Source: a bacterium (GTDB taxonomy: Bacteria > Bdellovibrionota_C > UBA2361 > RFPC01). From it: a DNA stretch of 63,609 nucleotides. A model generated the notes under the pieces. That model did not search any database. It was not told the origin of the DNA and saw nothing but the letters and a program-made list of their open reading frames with translations. The position numbers and the translations under genes are program-made. Every line of letters begins with the position of its first letter. Positions within the stretch are counted from its first letter, which is position 1. Below are positions 19,343 through 27,414 of this stretch, piece by piece. The stretch spans positions 1 through 63,609 of the forward strand of contig JALEGQ010000174.1 in NCBI GenBank assembly GCA_022763385.1, in the 5' to 3' direction.

Positions 19343-19813
19343 ATGAATACCGAATTAATACCAGAGCTTGTGCCAACCACTCGGAAGGGGGATGCCCCCC
19401 TAACGGAGCAGGAGATTCACCTTCTCAAGGCGAGGCGTACAGCGTTCGTCGCCCGATTTATCGTGCTTCGCGAATCAAAGCGTACTCGGGCTCACCGGGT
19501 TATCGAGATGCTCTCCTGGGATGAGCTTACGGATATCGAGACCCTGGCCGAGATGTTTCGGGAAGCCTTTGTCGAGAATGGCGATAACATGGTCCCAGTC
19601 GACCGAGATCTCCGAAGAGCCCTTGCACATGCCGCTCGCTCACTGAACCACTTTGTGCGGGAGTATAGTGAGCGCTCGACCACAAATTTCATCGACGCTC
19701 TCTTTGACTACGAGCGTTCAAATGCCTTGCTCTTCGGAGAAGATGACTCTCCAAAGCCGGGAGGATGGAGACTCCCGAAAGAGCTTGAAAAGCAACGGAA
19801 TCGATCGAACTGA
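19343..19813 (+). CDS. Hypothetical protein
   Basis: ORF 19304..19813. The ATG at 19343 is preceded by AAGGA. No recognised motif. Sits immediately upstream of the FlhB-C-like gene. Confidence 0.45.
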   Translation: MNTELIPELVPTTRKGDAPLTEQEIHLLKARRTAFVARFIVLRESKRTRAHRVIEMLSWDELTDIETLAEMFREAFVENGDNMVPVDRDLRRALAHAARSLNHFVREYSERSTTNFIDALFDYERSNALLFGEDDSPKPGGWRLPKELEKQRNRSN

Positions 19814-19820
19814 AGATCTC

Positions 19821-20039
19821 ATGAAGAGAAGCGCAACGGTAGCAGAGCGGATTGTCCAACTGGCGGAGGAAACGGGGGTGCCCCTCGTTGAGAATTCGTC
19901 GCTGAGCGCTCTCCTCGAGCAGCTTCCAGAGAGCGATTCGATCCCCGAGCGCAACTTCCTCCTCATCGCCGAGGTGCTCTGCTTTCTCTACGAGGCAGAC
20001 CAGAGTTTCACCACTCCGCCATCGAAGACGCATCTTTAG
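19821..20039 (+). CDS. Small FlhB C-terminal-domain-like protein (EscU/YscU/HrcU export-gate family, stand-alone)
   Basis: 72 aa from the internal ATG of ORF 19653..20039: AERIVQLAEETGVPLVENSSLSALLEQL...IPERNFLLIAEVLCFLY matches the conserved tail of FlhB-type proteins. Confidence 0.6.
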   Translation: MKRSATVAERIVQLAEETGVPLVENSSLSALLEQLPESDSIPERNFLLIAEVLCFLYEADQSFTTPPSKTHL

Positions 20040-20051
20040 CGTTTTCGCCCC

Positions 20052-20210
20052 CTAGAAAAGAGCGTAGATAAATGGAGATATCGCCTGTCCCTGGGTGGCG
20101 ACGAGGAGCGTTCCGACGAGAAGGAATACGGTTACCATCGGAACTAACCACCACGCTTTTTTTTCGATAAGAAGTTGAACGAGCTGTACGACGGTACTCG
20201 ATTTTGCCAT
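20052..20210 (-). CDS. DUF5989-like small membrane protein (52 aa; absent from the ORF track)
   Basis: Hand translation: MAKSSTVVQLVQLLIEKKAWWLVPMVTVFLLVGTLLVATQGQAISPFIYALF. It shows the KKxWWLxP ... SPFIYxLF pattern of this family. Confidence 0.6.
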   Translation of the reverse strand: MAKSSTVVQLVQLLIEKKAWWLVPMVTVFLLVGTLLVATQGQAISPFIYALF

Positions 20211-20273
20211 AGCATTTCCTGTAGTGCGTTAGTGATCTCGTTAAAAAATTTCCTTATCGGCGGAAGACGTCAT

Positions 20274-20427
20274 ACAACACCCCGCCGCGTGCAGGGCCTT
20301 GCCCGAAACGCCCCCCAGAGGGACAACACCCCGCTGCGTGCAGGGCCCTGCCCGAAACGCTTCCCGAAGGGACAACACCCTGCTGCGTGCAGGGCCCTGC
20401 CCGAAACGCTTCCCGAAGGGACAACAC
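20274..20427. repeat. Tandem repeat, 49-nt unit x3 plus a 7-nt partial; each unit contains the palindrome GCAGGGCCCTGC
   Basis: Units at 20274-20322, 20323-20371 and 20372-20420 are near-identical. Contiguous, with no spacers. Intergenic between two minus-strand genes. Confidence 0.9.
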
Positions 20428-20482
20428 TAGTGTCTCGTGATACCATTGCTTTTTCATAGTGAAAATACTTTTGTACGAGGCA

Positions 20483-21016
20483 CTAAGCTGCGACTGTTTC
20501 TTTTGAAGTGCCGCTCTTGTCTTCAGCCGGAGCGAACTCTTCTCGGATGATCTGGTCTACTTCTTCAATAAGCGATCCAATAGCGTAGGCCCACACATAT
20601 TGGCCTGCTCGTCTCCCGGTGAGGACCTCTGCGATCTGAGACTTGTCCTGCACGCGGTGCTTGATGAAGAGCTGTTTCCCGTCAGTGAGAAGGACCATAT
20701 CAGAGGGGTTCTTATGGAGCTTCGGGAGCTTTTTTCTCAGGTAGTCGATACCACGTCGGAAGCGGTTTACTGGTAATCCCTCGTTCTTCATCCGAAAGAG
20801 CCAGCAGAGGAGAATGAGATCAGAATAAGAGTATTTCGGTCGTCCCCTGTTCAGAGATTTGCCGGTGCACGGAACGAGGTTGGTTCGGGCGTAATAATTG
20901 AGCAGGGCGAGGCCAATTTTTTCTACCCCACCGGTAAGCCGCCGGAGAATCGCTTGCACTTCTTTTGCGGTAAATTCACGAGAAGTGAATTCTTTGGGCG
21001 TAACAACATCGGACAT
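20483..21016 (-). CDS. MerR-like helix-turn-helix protein (tentative)
   Basis: Start set at MSDVV (21016). FTAKEVQAILRR...LLNYYARTNLVPC...YSYSDLILLCWLFRMKNEGLPVNRFRRGIDYL resembles a MerR HTH plus wing with an insertion. Confidence 0.4.
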   Translation of the reverse strand: MSDVVTPKEFTSREFTAKEVQAILRRLTGGVEKIGLALLNYYARTNLVPCTGKSLNRGRPKYSYSDLILLCWLFRMKNEGLPVNRFRRGIDYLRKKLPKLHKNPSDMVLLTDGKQLFIKHRVQDKSQIAEVLTGRRAGQYVWAYAIGSLIEEVDQIIREEFAPAEDKSGTSKETVAA

Positions 21017-21118
21017 GATGAGCACCTTAGAAAGCGGGGGAGATCCTGTCAATCTGAATAATAGGAGAAGTCCAGCAAAATAATCAAATCTCCTCCTCAT
21101 TTCTTTTCAGGGAGGGTT

Positions 21119-21937
21119 TCAGCTTTTCAGGGGGAAGAGGCAGAGCGCCGTCGGGACCTCATCCCGGCCAACGATATCGATTCCGCCGAACCCCGGTCGA
21201 GCGCTTGGGATATCGCTCGTCATATAAAGCTGGGTAGAGCCGCCCCCATCAAAATTCAAGGCCTCCTGGCACCCGATCGCCGGTGATGAGAGTAGGTCCG
21301 CGAGTTCCCGAAGCGTTGCTCCTCGGAAGGAGGAAGAGGTGGCAAAGAGGAGGAATTCCTTGGGGGAGATAAGGCAGATGCCGCTCCTTCGCGAGAGGCT
21401 CCCCCCGTCCAACTGTCGCCCCAGGGAGCGCCCTCCCGAGACCAGCATCGGACCAGCCTGTACTGCTTCGAGCCCCCTCTCATGAGGTGCTTCTTCCCGG
21501 GAAGAGATCGTCAGCTGATCTCGGTGAACTCTGAGTACTCCATTCAGGAGAGAGCCCCCCCGGTGCATGGCGCGGTGCTCAACGCCTCTGCTGACGACAA
21601 GTCCGAGGGGGAGCCCCTTGGTGTCAAAGAAGTTCGCGTTGATGCAGAGCGAGGCTCCGGTGCGCTCTGCAAAGGTGAGACTCTTGAGTTTCCTTCGTTG
21701 AAACGAGGAGGCGCGCACGACTCGGGGGCGAAAAGATGAAAGAGAGGTTCGGACAAGGGTGAGCTCTCCTGGAAAGAGCCCGGATTCAAGTGAGACGATG
21801 CCGATCTCGACTCCAGTGCCTACTCGCGTCCACCGAACTGCCGGATTCGAGGAACGGTTCGGTGGTGACGCGGCCTCGTTCTGTTCTGCTGCCTGTACGA
21901 ACAGCGGAAGCAGTGTGCAGCAGAGAAGAGAGCGCAT
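21119..21937 (-). CDS. Secreted phosphodiester glycosidase family protein (DUF2233/NAGPA-like)
   Basis: LCINANFFD, GPMLVSGG and LNFDGGGSTQLY motifs. Start set at the MRSLLCCTLLPLFVQAAE signal peptide (21937). Confidence 0.6.
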   Translation of the reverse strand: MRSLLCCTLLPLFVQAAEQNEAASPPNRSSNPAVRWTRVGTGVEIGIVSLESGLFPGELTLVRTSLSSFRPRVVRASSFQRRKLKSLTFAERTGASLCINANFFDTKGLPLGLVVSRGVEHRAMHRGGSLLNGVLRVHRDQLTISSREEAPHERGLEAVQAGPMLVSGGRSLGRQLDGGSLSRRSGICLISPKEFLLFATSSSFRGATLRELADLLSSPAIGCQEALNFDGGGSTQLYMTSDIPSARPGFGGIDIVGRDEVPTALCLFPLKS

Positions 21938-22070
21938 GAAGAGGCGCAGCAGCGGATGCTCCGATCTCTGGGTGCGGTGGATATTTCTCACGAAGAGTTC
22001 TCCAGAAGGGCCTCTCGGGAGTATACCATCCTCCTGTCGAGAAGAAGAGGAATTCTGGTCAAAAAGCTCC

Positions 22071-22109
22071 TGGATAAAAAGAAAGCCGGTTGGGGGGGCC
22101 CAACCGGCT
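22071..22109 (-). terminator. Strong orphan Rho-independent terminator (minus strand) inside a 645-nt gene-free gap
   Basis: 11-bp perfect stem AGCCGGTTGGG / CCCAACCGGCT (22084-22109) with a GGGG loop. On the minus strand it is followed by TTTCTTTTTA. Confidence 0.6.
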
Positions 22110-22582
22110 AGAATCCGCAGCCTCACTTTCTGCTGTGCTGTCTACGAATTTGCTCCACCGCTCCAATCCTCTCTGTGCTCACAGGGTCTGAGTGAGTGTG
22201 TGTGCGTGTCAAGGAGGTCCTGCAAGCGTGGACCGAAACAGTATCGCTGGGAGAATGATATCCACTTTGTGTGCCAACTTTTTTTCGACGTGACAGCGGT
22301 CAGTATCGAACACCGTCTTTGCTCTTCCGGAAGAGGAGCGGTCACGAGGGAATATGGGGTAAGCGACAAACGGTGTTCATGAGAGAGATTCGGAGAAGGG
22401 CTCGGATGAGCACCAGCAACTTTTTCCCATCCCCCAACAGGAGTGAGCAATATTTTCCTTCGCTCTGAGGCGAACAGCGGAGAAAAGCCGGAAGCACACA
22501 AATTTTGGAGTTCTTGCTTGACTCTGGAAGAGGACTCGCTAACCTCTTCGCTCCCGGTGATCCGATAGCGCCTAGCGGTAGA

Positions 22583-23464
22583 ATGAGGTTTGGATTGAGT
22601 ACTGATACGTTGCGTGCGCGGTTGGCGCGTTTGTTGAGAAAAAGTGAGAAGGCAGTTTTGCTCTACTCTCGTTCGTCAGAAGAGGGGGATGCTTCCCGTT
22701 CCAGCTCTCGTACTCCAAATAGCAAATTGGCTCCAAATAGCAAATTGGCTCCTCATAGCGAAACGGCATCTCACCGCTCGCATCCGGCTCAGGGGGCAAG
22801 GAGGGCGAACCGATTGCTCCGTGATTACCACCCGTATGAACACCGAAAGATACAGCGACAGTCGTTCTCTGATGCCTCGATGCCCTCTGGTGCTTCGATG
22901 ACCGGGGGCCGAGAGCTAGAAGTTCAGGAGCGGGATCCGGCGGCGGTGTATGCGGGTCGGCAGGTGCTCGTGTGGAAACAGGTGAGTGAGGAGCTCTCCC
23001 TTGCTCTTCGGGAGGTCTTGCAGTCTCGGGTCGCCCGTGAGCTTACCTCCCAGGCGCTTCTCCTGCGGCAAGATCTCTACGAAAACTGGAGGGGGGTCGA
23101 AGGGGAAGTTCATCGGGGGAAGAAAGAGTTGCTCCAGGCCACGGAAGGAAACCATTTTATTCGAGCAACGCTACTTGCCGAACGATTGGTCCAGGAGAAG
23201 GCAAGGATGCAAGCCCTTCGAGCCGCTCTGAATGAGCTTGAGGTCTCCCTCGGTGAGGCGCTTGATAGTCCGATCAGTGAGAAAACACTACGGGGAAGTG
23301 CTGCTGGTGGAAATGTTGCCAGTAAAAAGACGCGGAATGACGAAGAGTTTTTTGATCTCCCATTTTCCGATTCGCATGAAGAAGAGAGTTCTCTTCGCCC
23401 TGACGAAGAAAAGCGGTCCCCGAACGTTCTCCCCTTTCGTGATCGAAAGCTCAGTTCACAGTAG
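22583..23464 (+). CDS. Hypothetical coiled-coil protein with an 18-nt in-frame tandem repeat (PNSKLA x2)
   Basis: ORF 22505..23464, with the first ATG at 22583. Repeat CTCCAAATAGCAAATTGG at 22713-22730 and 22731-22748, and a degenerate third copy. Confidence 0.45.
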   Translation: MRFGLSTDTLRARLARLLRKSEKAVLLYSRSSEEGDASRSSSRTPNSKLAPNSKLAPHSETASHRSHPAQGARRANRLLRDYHPYEHRKIQRQSFSDASMPSGASMTGGRELEVQERDPAAVYAGRQVLVWKQVSEELSLALREVLQSRVARELTSQALLLRQDLYENWRGVEGEVHRGKKELLQATEGNHFIRATLLAERLVQEKARMQALRAALNELEVSLGEALDSPISEKTLRGSAAGGNVASKKTRNDEEFFDLPFSDSHEEESSLRPDEEKRSPNVLPFRDRKLSSQ

Positions 23465-23514
23465 ATTCACCCTCGGGTCAAATTCACGCTCGGGTCAAAT
23501 TCATCCTCGGGTCA
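23464..23514. repeat. 17-nt tandem repeat x3 (ATTCACCCTCGGGTCAA-like)
   Basis: 23464-23480, 23481-23497 and 23498-23514. Spans the gap between convergent genes and the last codons of the 23501..24037 gene. Confidence 0.85.
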
Positions 23515-24037
23515 GGAGGCGAACCGGATCGCCGGTGTAGGCGGAAACGACCGGCACTGGTCCGGGACCAAAGGTGCGGTCGATGAGTGTCGCCCAGCAG
23601 AGCACTGGTATTCCTCGGAGGGTTGCCTTTGTGTGCGCCTCGAGGCTGGATCGGGCCGTGGTGATCACGTCGGTAACGAGGATGGCGTTTTTGCCCCGGT
23701 ACTGAGTGCCAAAGCCGTTCGAGAGCTTGCTTTCGAGGTACTGCTCCAGAGGGATCTCTCTGTTGCCAGGAATCATCTCTGAGTACACGGCAGAGAGCCT
23801 CTCCGCAAAAAAGCTATACCCACCTGGGAGTTTGAGAAAGACATCTGGGTGTTGTGGAGAGAGGATGCTCTCGAGTCGTTGAGCAACGTATTCGGCGCAG
23901 GCGTTCAGGTCGTCCTCCGAGAGATCTTCAGTGCGATAATAGGTGAAGCTCTCACACCGCCCTCCGATCGGAACCGGTTCTTCATACCTCTCTGTTACTT
24001 TCGTGAAAATTTCGGCGATATCTTCAATCTCAACCAT
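23501..24037 (-). CDS. Phosphoribosyltransferase-family protein
   Basis: 178 aa. PRPP-binding-like motif AILVTDVITTARS. Confidence 0.5.
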   Translation of the reverse strand: MVEIEDIAEIFTKVTERYEEPVPIGGRCESFTYYRTEDLSEDDLNACAEYVAQRLESILSPQHPDVFLKLPGGYSFFAERLSAVYSEMIPGNREIPLEQYLESKLSNGFGTQYRGKNAILVTDVITTARSSLEAHTKATLRGIPVLCWATLIDRTFGPGPVPVVSAYTGDPVRLLTRG

Positions 24038-24061
24038 GTTTCTCTATCCTATAAACTGACA

Positions 24062-24439
24062 CTAACGACTGGCGCTTACTGCGACGGAAAGTGGTGCCCC
24101 GTGGTTTTCTGGATCGGAGTAGAATGCGGTGATCCGTTCTACGAGGGTTTCGATGGGAATATCGGCGGTGCTGTATAACTGACTCACCTTTTCCAGACTC
24201 GCCACGGCATTCTCCGGATTTTCTTTTACATGACTCTTCAATATCTCGGTGACTCTCTTCGAATCCCGCCACCCCTGGAGATATCCAGAGACAAAGAGCT
24301 TGCGTTCATTTGATTTTAAGAGCTTCCATGTGGGATAAAAGCTAGTATTGGTCTCTGCGCTCGCAAGAGAGGTTCCCATCACTCCGACGAAAAAACTAAC
24401 GGTGAGTAGGATAAAAATGAAAGAGAGCTTTTTCTTCAT
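24062..24439 (-). CDS. Small secreted hypothetical protein
   Basis: 125 aa. Signal peptide MKKKLSFIFILLTVSFFVGVMGTSLASA. Confidence 0.5.
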   Translation of the reverse strand: MKKKLSFIFILLTVSFFVGVMGTSLASAETNTSFYPTWKLLKSNERKLFVSGYLQGWRDSKRVTEILKSHVKENPENAVASLEKVSQLYSTADIPIETLVERITAFYSDPENHGAPLSVAVSASR

Positions 24440-24500
24440 AGGGGAGCATCATATTCTATACCGAGCGCAATTGAAAATCCGCGTTTTGAGATAGGCGTCT

Positions 24501-26870
24501 ATGTCGTTTGCACAGAGAGGAGAGCTCTCTTACATCGAAGTCGCCCTTCAGGAGCTTCCCGAGGAGAGCCGTGAACATTTAGAGGCAATGAGGACTCGCC
24601 TCGGATTTACGGGGGTACTCATCGGTGCGCTCGTTCCGAACTCTGCTCGAATGGACGAAAGGGGGTCGGGACGTACCGCCCGGGAGGGAGGTGACGCGGG
24701 AGCTCCACTACTTTTGCCCGTTCGTGGCCTCCTGCTCGAACGAGGAAAGACCTGGATTCTTCGAAGGGAGCTTCTTCCCGAGTCCGTTGTGCCGCTTGCT
24801 GCCGAATTTTTTGAGAAGTACGGAAGACTTTCTGTGCTCGGAAAGCTTCGGGAGCTCGGACCCGCCGGGGCGGTGGAGTCTCTGATAGAGGGCCGAGAGC
24901 TGTTCTATGCCCGGTACTTTCAGCCGGCAGCGCCTTCGCAGGACGTCGTTTCTTCGCGGGAGGTTCAGGTTGAGATTGCCCGCGCGGTGATTCAGCAACT
25001 TCTTATTCTTCACGAGAACGGACTCGTGCACGGACACCTCGCTGTCGGGAACCTGGTCGGAGAAGGAGGTGCGGTGTCTCTTACCGATGCCGGAATTGAT
25101 CTCTTTGCGCACCGAGATATCACCGCGCACTCTTCGCTCTCTTCTCTCTGTGAAGAGTATCGGGTTGAGGATCAGTTAGCGTTGATGAAGTTCCTCCGGT
25201 TGCACTGCGGAGAGCTTTCCTTTGAAGGATCGCAAGAGTTGCTCGGAAGGACGGGATATCTCTCCCATCTTGAACTTCAGCTCCCAGCACCGACTTCGCC
25301 ACCGCTCTCTTCGGCACCGCCCCCGCCCGAACCAGAGCTTCCTCTTGCTCTCCAACAGCAGCCTCCAGCGGTTATCCCAGAGCCAAATACGCTCGAGGTT
25401 GAAGCCTCACCGTTGTCAGAGAGCCTCGCCCGCGAGAAGCCGGCCGCCAAGGAGAGCGCTGGGTGGCGTTCAACCTTCTGGATCCCGTTCCTGGGGTGTT
25501 GCGGACTTGCTTTCTGGTTACTTACCGCTCCACCACCTTTTCTCTCTTCGTTTATTCCAGAGAGTGACCCCATCCTTTCCGCGGCTGAGCTCGACACGTT
25601 CTGGTCATCCGGAGACCAGGAAAAGATGCTCGTAGTGGCTCGTAAGGCGGTCTTGGAGGAAGACCCTGCTGCTCGAGCGTCCCTGTTCCGTCAGATCGAG
25701 GGACGGGGGGCTCAGAAGAAGCCTCCGCTGCAGCCTGATGGGTTTCGTTACGTTGATATCTCGGGGGTGATTGAGCTTCCGCTGCTCCTCGCGAAGGAGG
25801 TCGGTTGGTATGAGCAGTTTTCTCCTGAGGATCGGAGATCGCTCTTTGCCTTTTCTCTTGCTCCGTTGCTGAAGGCAGAGCTTCCTGGCACTCCTGACTT
25901 CTCGGTTCTTCACCCCGGTGTTTCTCTCGCGTTACTCGGTGGTCTTCCACGAGAGAAGAATCCGCAGCCCCTATTTTCTGTCGTGTTGGAGATGAAGGAG
26001 CGCCTGGCTCCCCGGTATGTGGCGGCGCTTGATACGATTCGTGATGAACTCGGAAGCGCACATCTCTTTCAGAGCTATCTCCAGTTGCAACGCCGACCTT
26101 TGGTTGGCCCGGCACTACAACTTTTCTTTTTTCCTCAGATCTCTCTTGAGGCACTTCGAGAGCACGTAGTGCTGCTCGGAGAGGATCTCTCTGCGGAAGA
26201 TCAGAAGGCGGTGATGGCTCAGGTCCGTAGAACGGATGTGGGAAAGGAGATCGATCGGTGGTTTCGCCGGAGTCCTACCGCGGAGTGGAATTCGGTCTCT
26301 TCGCTGCTCCTTTTTGATATCGCCTACCGCAGTCGCGTGCCAAAGAATCTCTCCTTTGTGCAGATAACCGAGCTTCTGAAGGCGCCATTTTTGGAGCAGA
26401 GCCGGGAGGCGCTTGTTCGTGCCCTTGTTGAGCAGCAAGAAGGAAAGGAAGTGCTGGATGACTTCTACCTCGTCATCGCGAATTCGGAGGAGATTGATCG
26501 AGAACGAGCACTTGCACTCGTTGCGGCCCTCGGACTGAAGGGGGATACCAATCACGCCTTCGTCGAGCGGTGGTTTGAGGCGAAGCCGAATCCGCAACTG
26601 ATCCTCGAGCTCTTGCTCTCACTCCGTGGAAGTCGGTCCTTTGAGCTCTTCACTATTCCAGCTGCTCGATACCTGAAGGAGTCTTCCGATTGGCAGGTGA
26701 CCGAGGAGCAGCTTCCACTCCTCGCCGGCCATCCCGAACCGCTTGCTCGGGGATTGGCATATCAGAGAGCAGACCCCGCTCGGAGTGACCATCGCGAGCT
26801 CCTTGAGCGCCGTGCGAGGATGGAAACAAGCCCGAGCCTAAAAAAGATGCTCCAGCGAAAGCTTGAGTAG
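24501..26870 (+). CDS. Membrane protein with an N-terminal protein-kinase-like (predicted pseudokinase) domain, Pro-rich linker, one TM and a large helical C-terminal domain
   Basis: 789 aa. LHENGLVHGHLAVGNLV (HGH in place of HRD) and SLTDAGIDLF (DAG for DFG). PPPPEPELP linker and TM FWIPFLGCCGLAFWLLTAPPPF. Confidence 0.55.
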   Translation: MSFAQRGELSYIEVALQELPEESREHLEAMRTRLGFTGVLIGALVPNSARMDERGSGRTAREGGDAGAPLLLPVRGLLLERGKTWILRRELLPESVVPLAAEFFEKYGRLSVLGKLRELGPAGAVESLIEGRELFYARYFQPAAPSQDVVSSREVQVEIARAVIQQLLILHENGLVHGHLAVGNLVGEGGAVSLTDAGIDLFAHRDITAHSSLSSLCEEYRVEDQLALMKFLRLHCGELSFEGSQELLGRTGYLSHLELQLPAPTSPPLSSAPPPPEPELPLALQQQPPAVIPEPNTLEVEASPLSESLAREKPAAKESAGWRSTFWIPFLGCCGLAFWLLTAPPPFLSSFIPESDPILSAAELDTFWSSGDQEKMLVVARKAVLEEDPAARASLFRQIEGRGAQKKPPLQPDGFRYVDISGVIELPLLLAKEVGWYEQFSPEDRRSLFAFSLAPLLKAELPGTPDFSVLHPGVSLALLGGLPREKNPQPLFSVVLEMKERLAPRYVAALDTIRDELGSAHLFQSYLQLQRRPLVGPALQLFFFPQISLEALREHVVLLGEDLSAEDQKAVMAQVRRTDVGKEIDRWFRRSPTAEWNSVSSLLLFDIAYRSRVPKNLSFVQITELLKAPFLEQSREALVRALVEQQEGKEVLDDFYLVIANSEEIDRERALALVAALGLKGDTNHAFVERWFEAKPNPQLILELLLSLRGSRSFELFTIPAARYLKESSDWQVTEEQLPLLAGHPEPLARGLAYQRADPARSDHRELLERRARMETSPSLKKMLQRKLE

Positions 26871-26886
26871 ACCTCAACGCTGGGGG

Positions 26887-27414
26887 TTACCCTTCCCCTC
26901 TCTGTGCGATGGAAGGGAATACGTGAAGAGGATTGAGGGGAGTTCCATTTTTTCGCACCTCGAAGTGCAGGTGCGGCCCCGTTACTCGTCCGGTACTTCC
27001 GACCTCTCCGATGATCGAGCCGGCACGGAGGATCATTCCCGTTTTGACCCGGATAGAGTGGAGGTGCCCGTAGTGAGTCGTGACACCGTTCTCGTGTTGA
27101 ACAACGACGAGGTTCCCATAGCCGCCGTGGGGATCAGCGTAGATCACCCGTCCCGACTGAACGGAGCGTACCGGGGCTTCGTGAGGGGCGGCGAGATCGA
27201 GTCCGTGGTGGTGACGTCGCTTCCGGATGACAGGATGGTTTCGCATGCCGAAACCACTGGAGACTCTGGTGCCCACGAGGGGATGGACCACCGCTGTTGA
27301 GTCGTTTTCCGGAGGGATGACACCGGCATTGGTCGGCAAGAATTGTGTTTCTGCGCAGGCGATCAGCGGCGCAACGCAGAAAAAGAGGAAGTAGGGGAGG
27401 AGTCTTCCCATCAC
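26887..27414 (-). CDS. Secreted M23 (LytM-type) peptidoglycan endopeptidase
   Basis: 175 aa. Signal peptide, HHHGLDLAAP (HxxxD) and GPHLHFEV (HxH) motifs. Confidence 0.85.
   Translation of the reverse strand: MMGRLLPYFLFFCVAPLIACAETQFLPTNAGVIPPENDSTAVVHPLVGTRVSSGFGMRNHPVIRKRRHHHGLDLAAPHEAPVRSVQSGRVIYADPHGGYGNLVVVQHENGVTTHYGHLHSIRVKTGMILRAGSIIGEVGSTGRVTGPHLHFEVRKNGTPLNPLHVFPSIAQRGEG

Noticed and set aside
20254-20459. Possible CRISPR array, or coding ORFs 20175..20459 (+) and 20254..20457 (-)
   Set aside because: The 49-nt units are contiguous with no unique spacers, and no cas genes are nearby. The two ORFs are simply open frames through a repeat.
22142-22501. 119-aa minus-strand ORF as a protein gene ending just before the orphan terminator
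   Set aside because: The composition is rich in Ser/Pro/Arg/His/Cys/Trp, with no motif, no SD and no hydrophobic core pattern. The region is treated as a candidate ncRNA instead. It remains possible if the ORF proves conserved.
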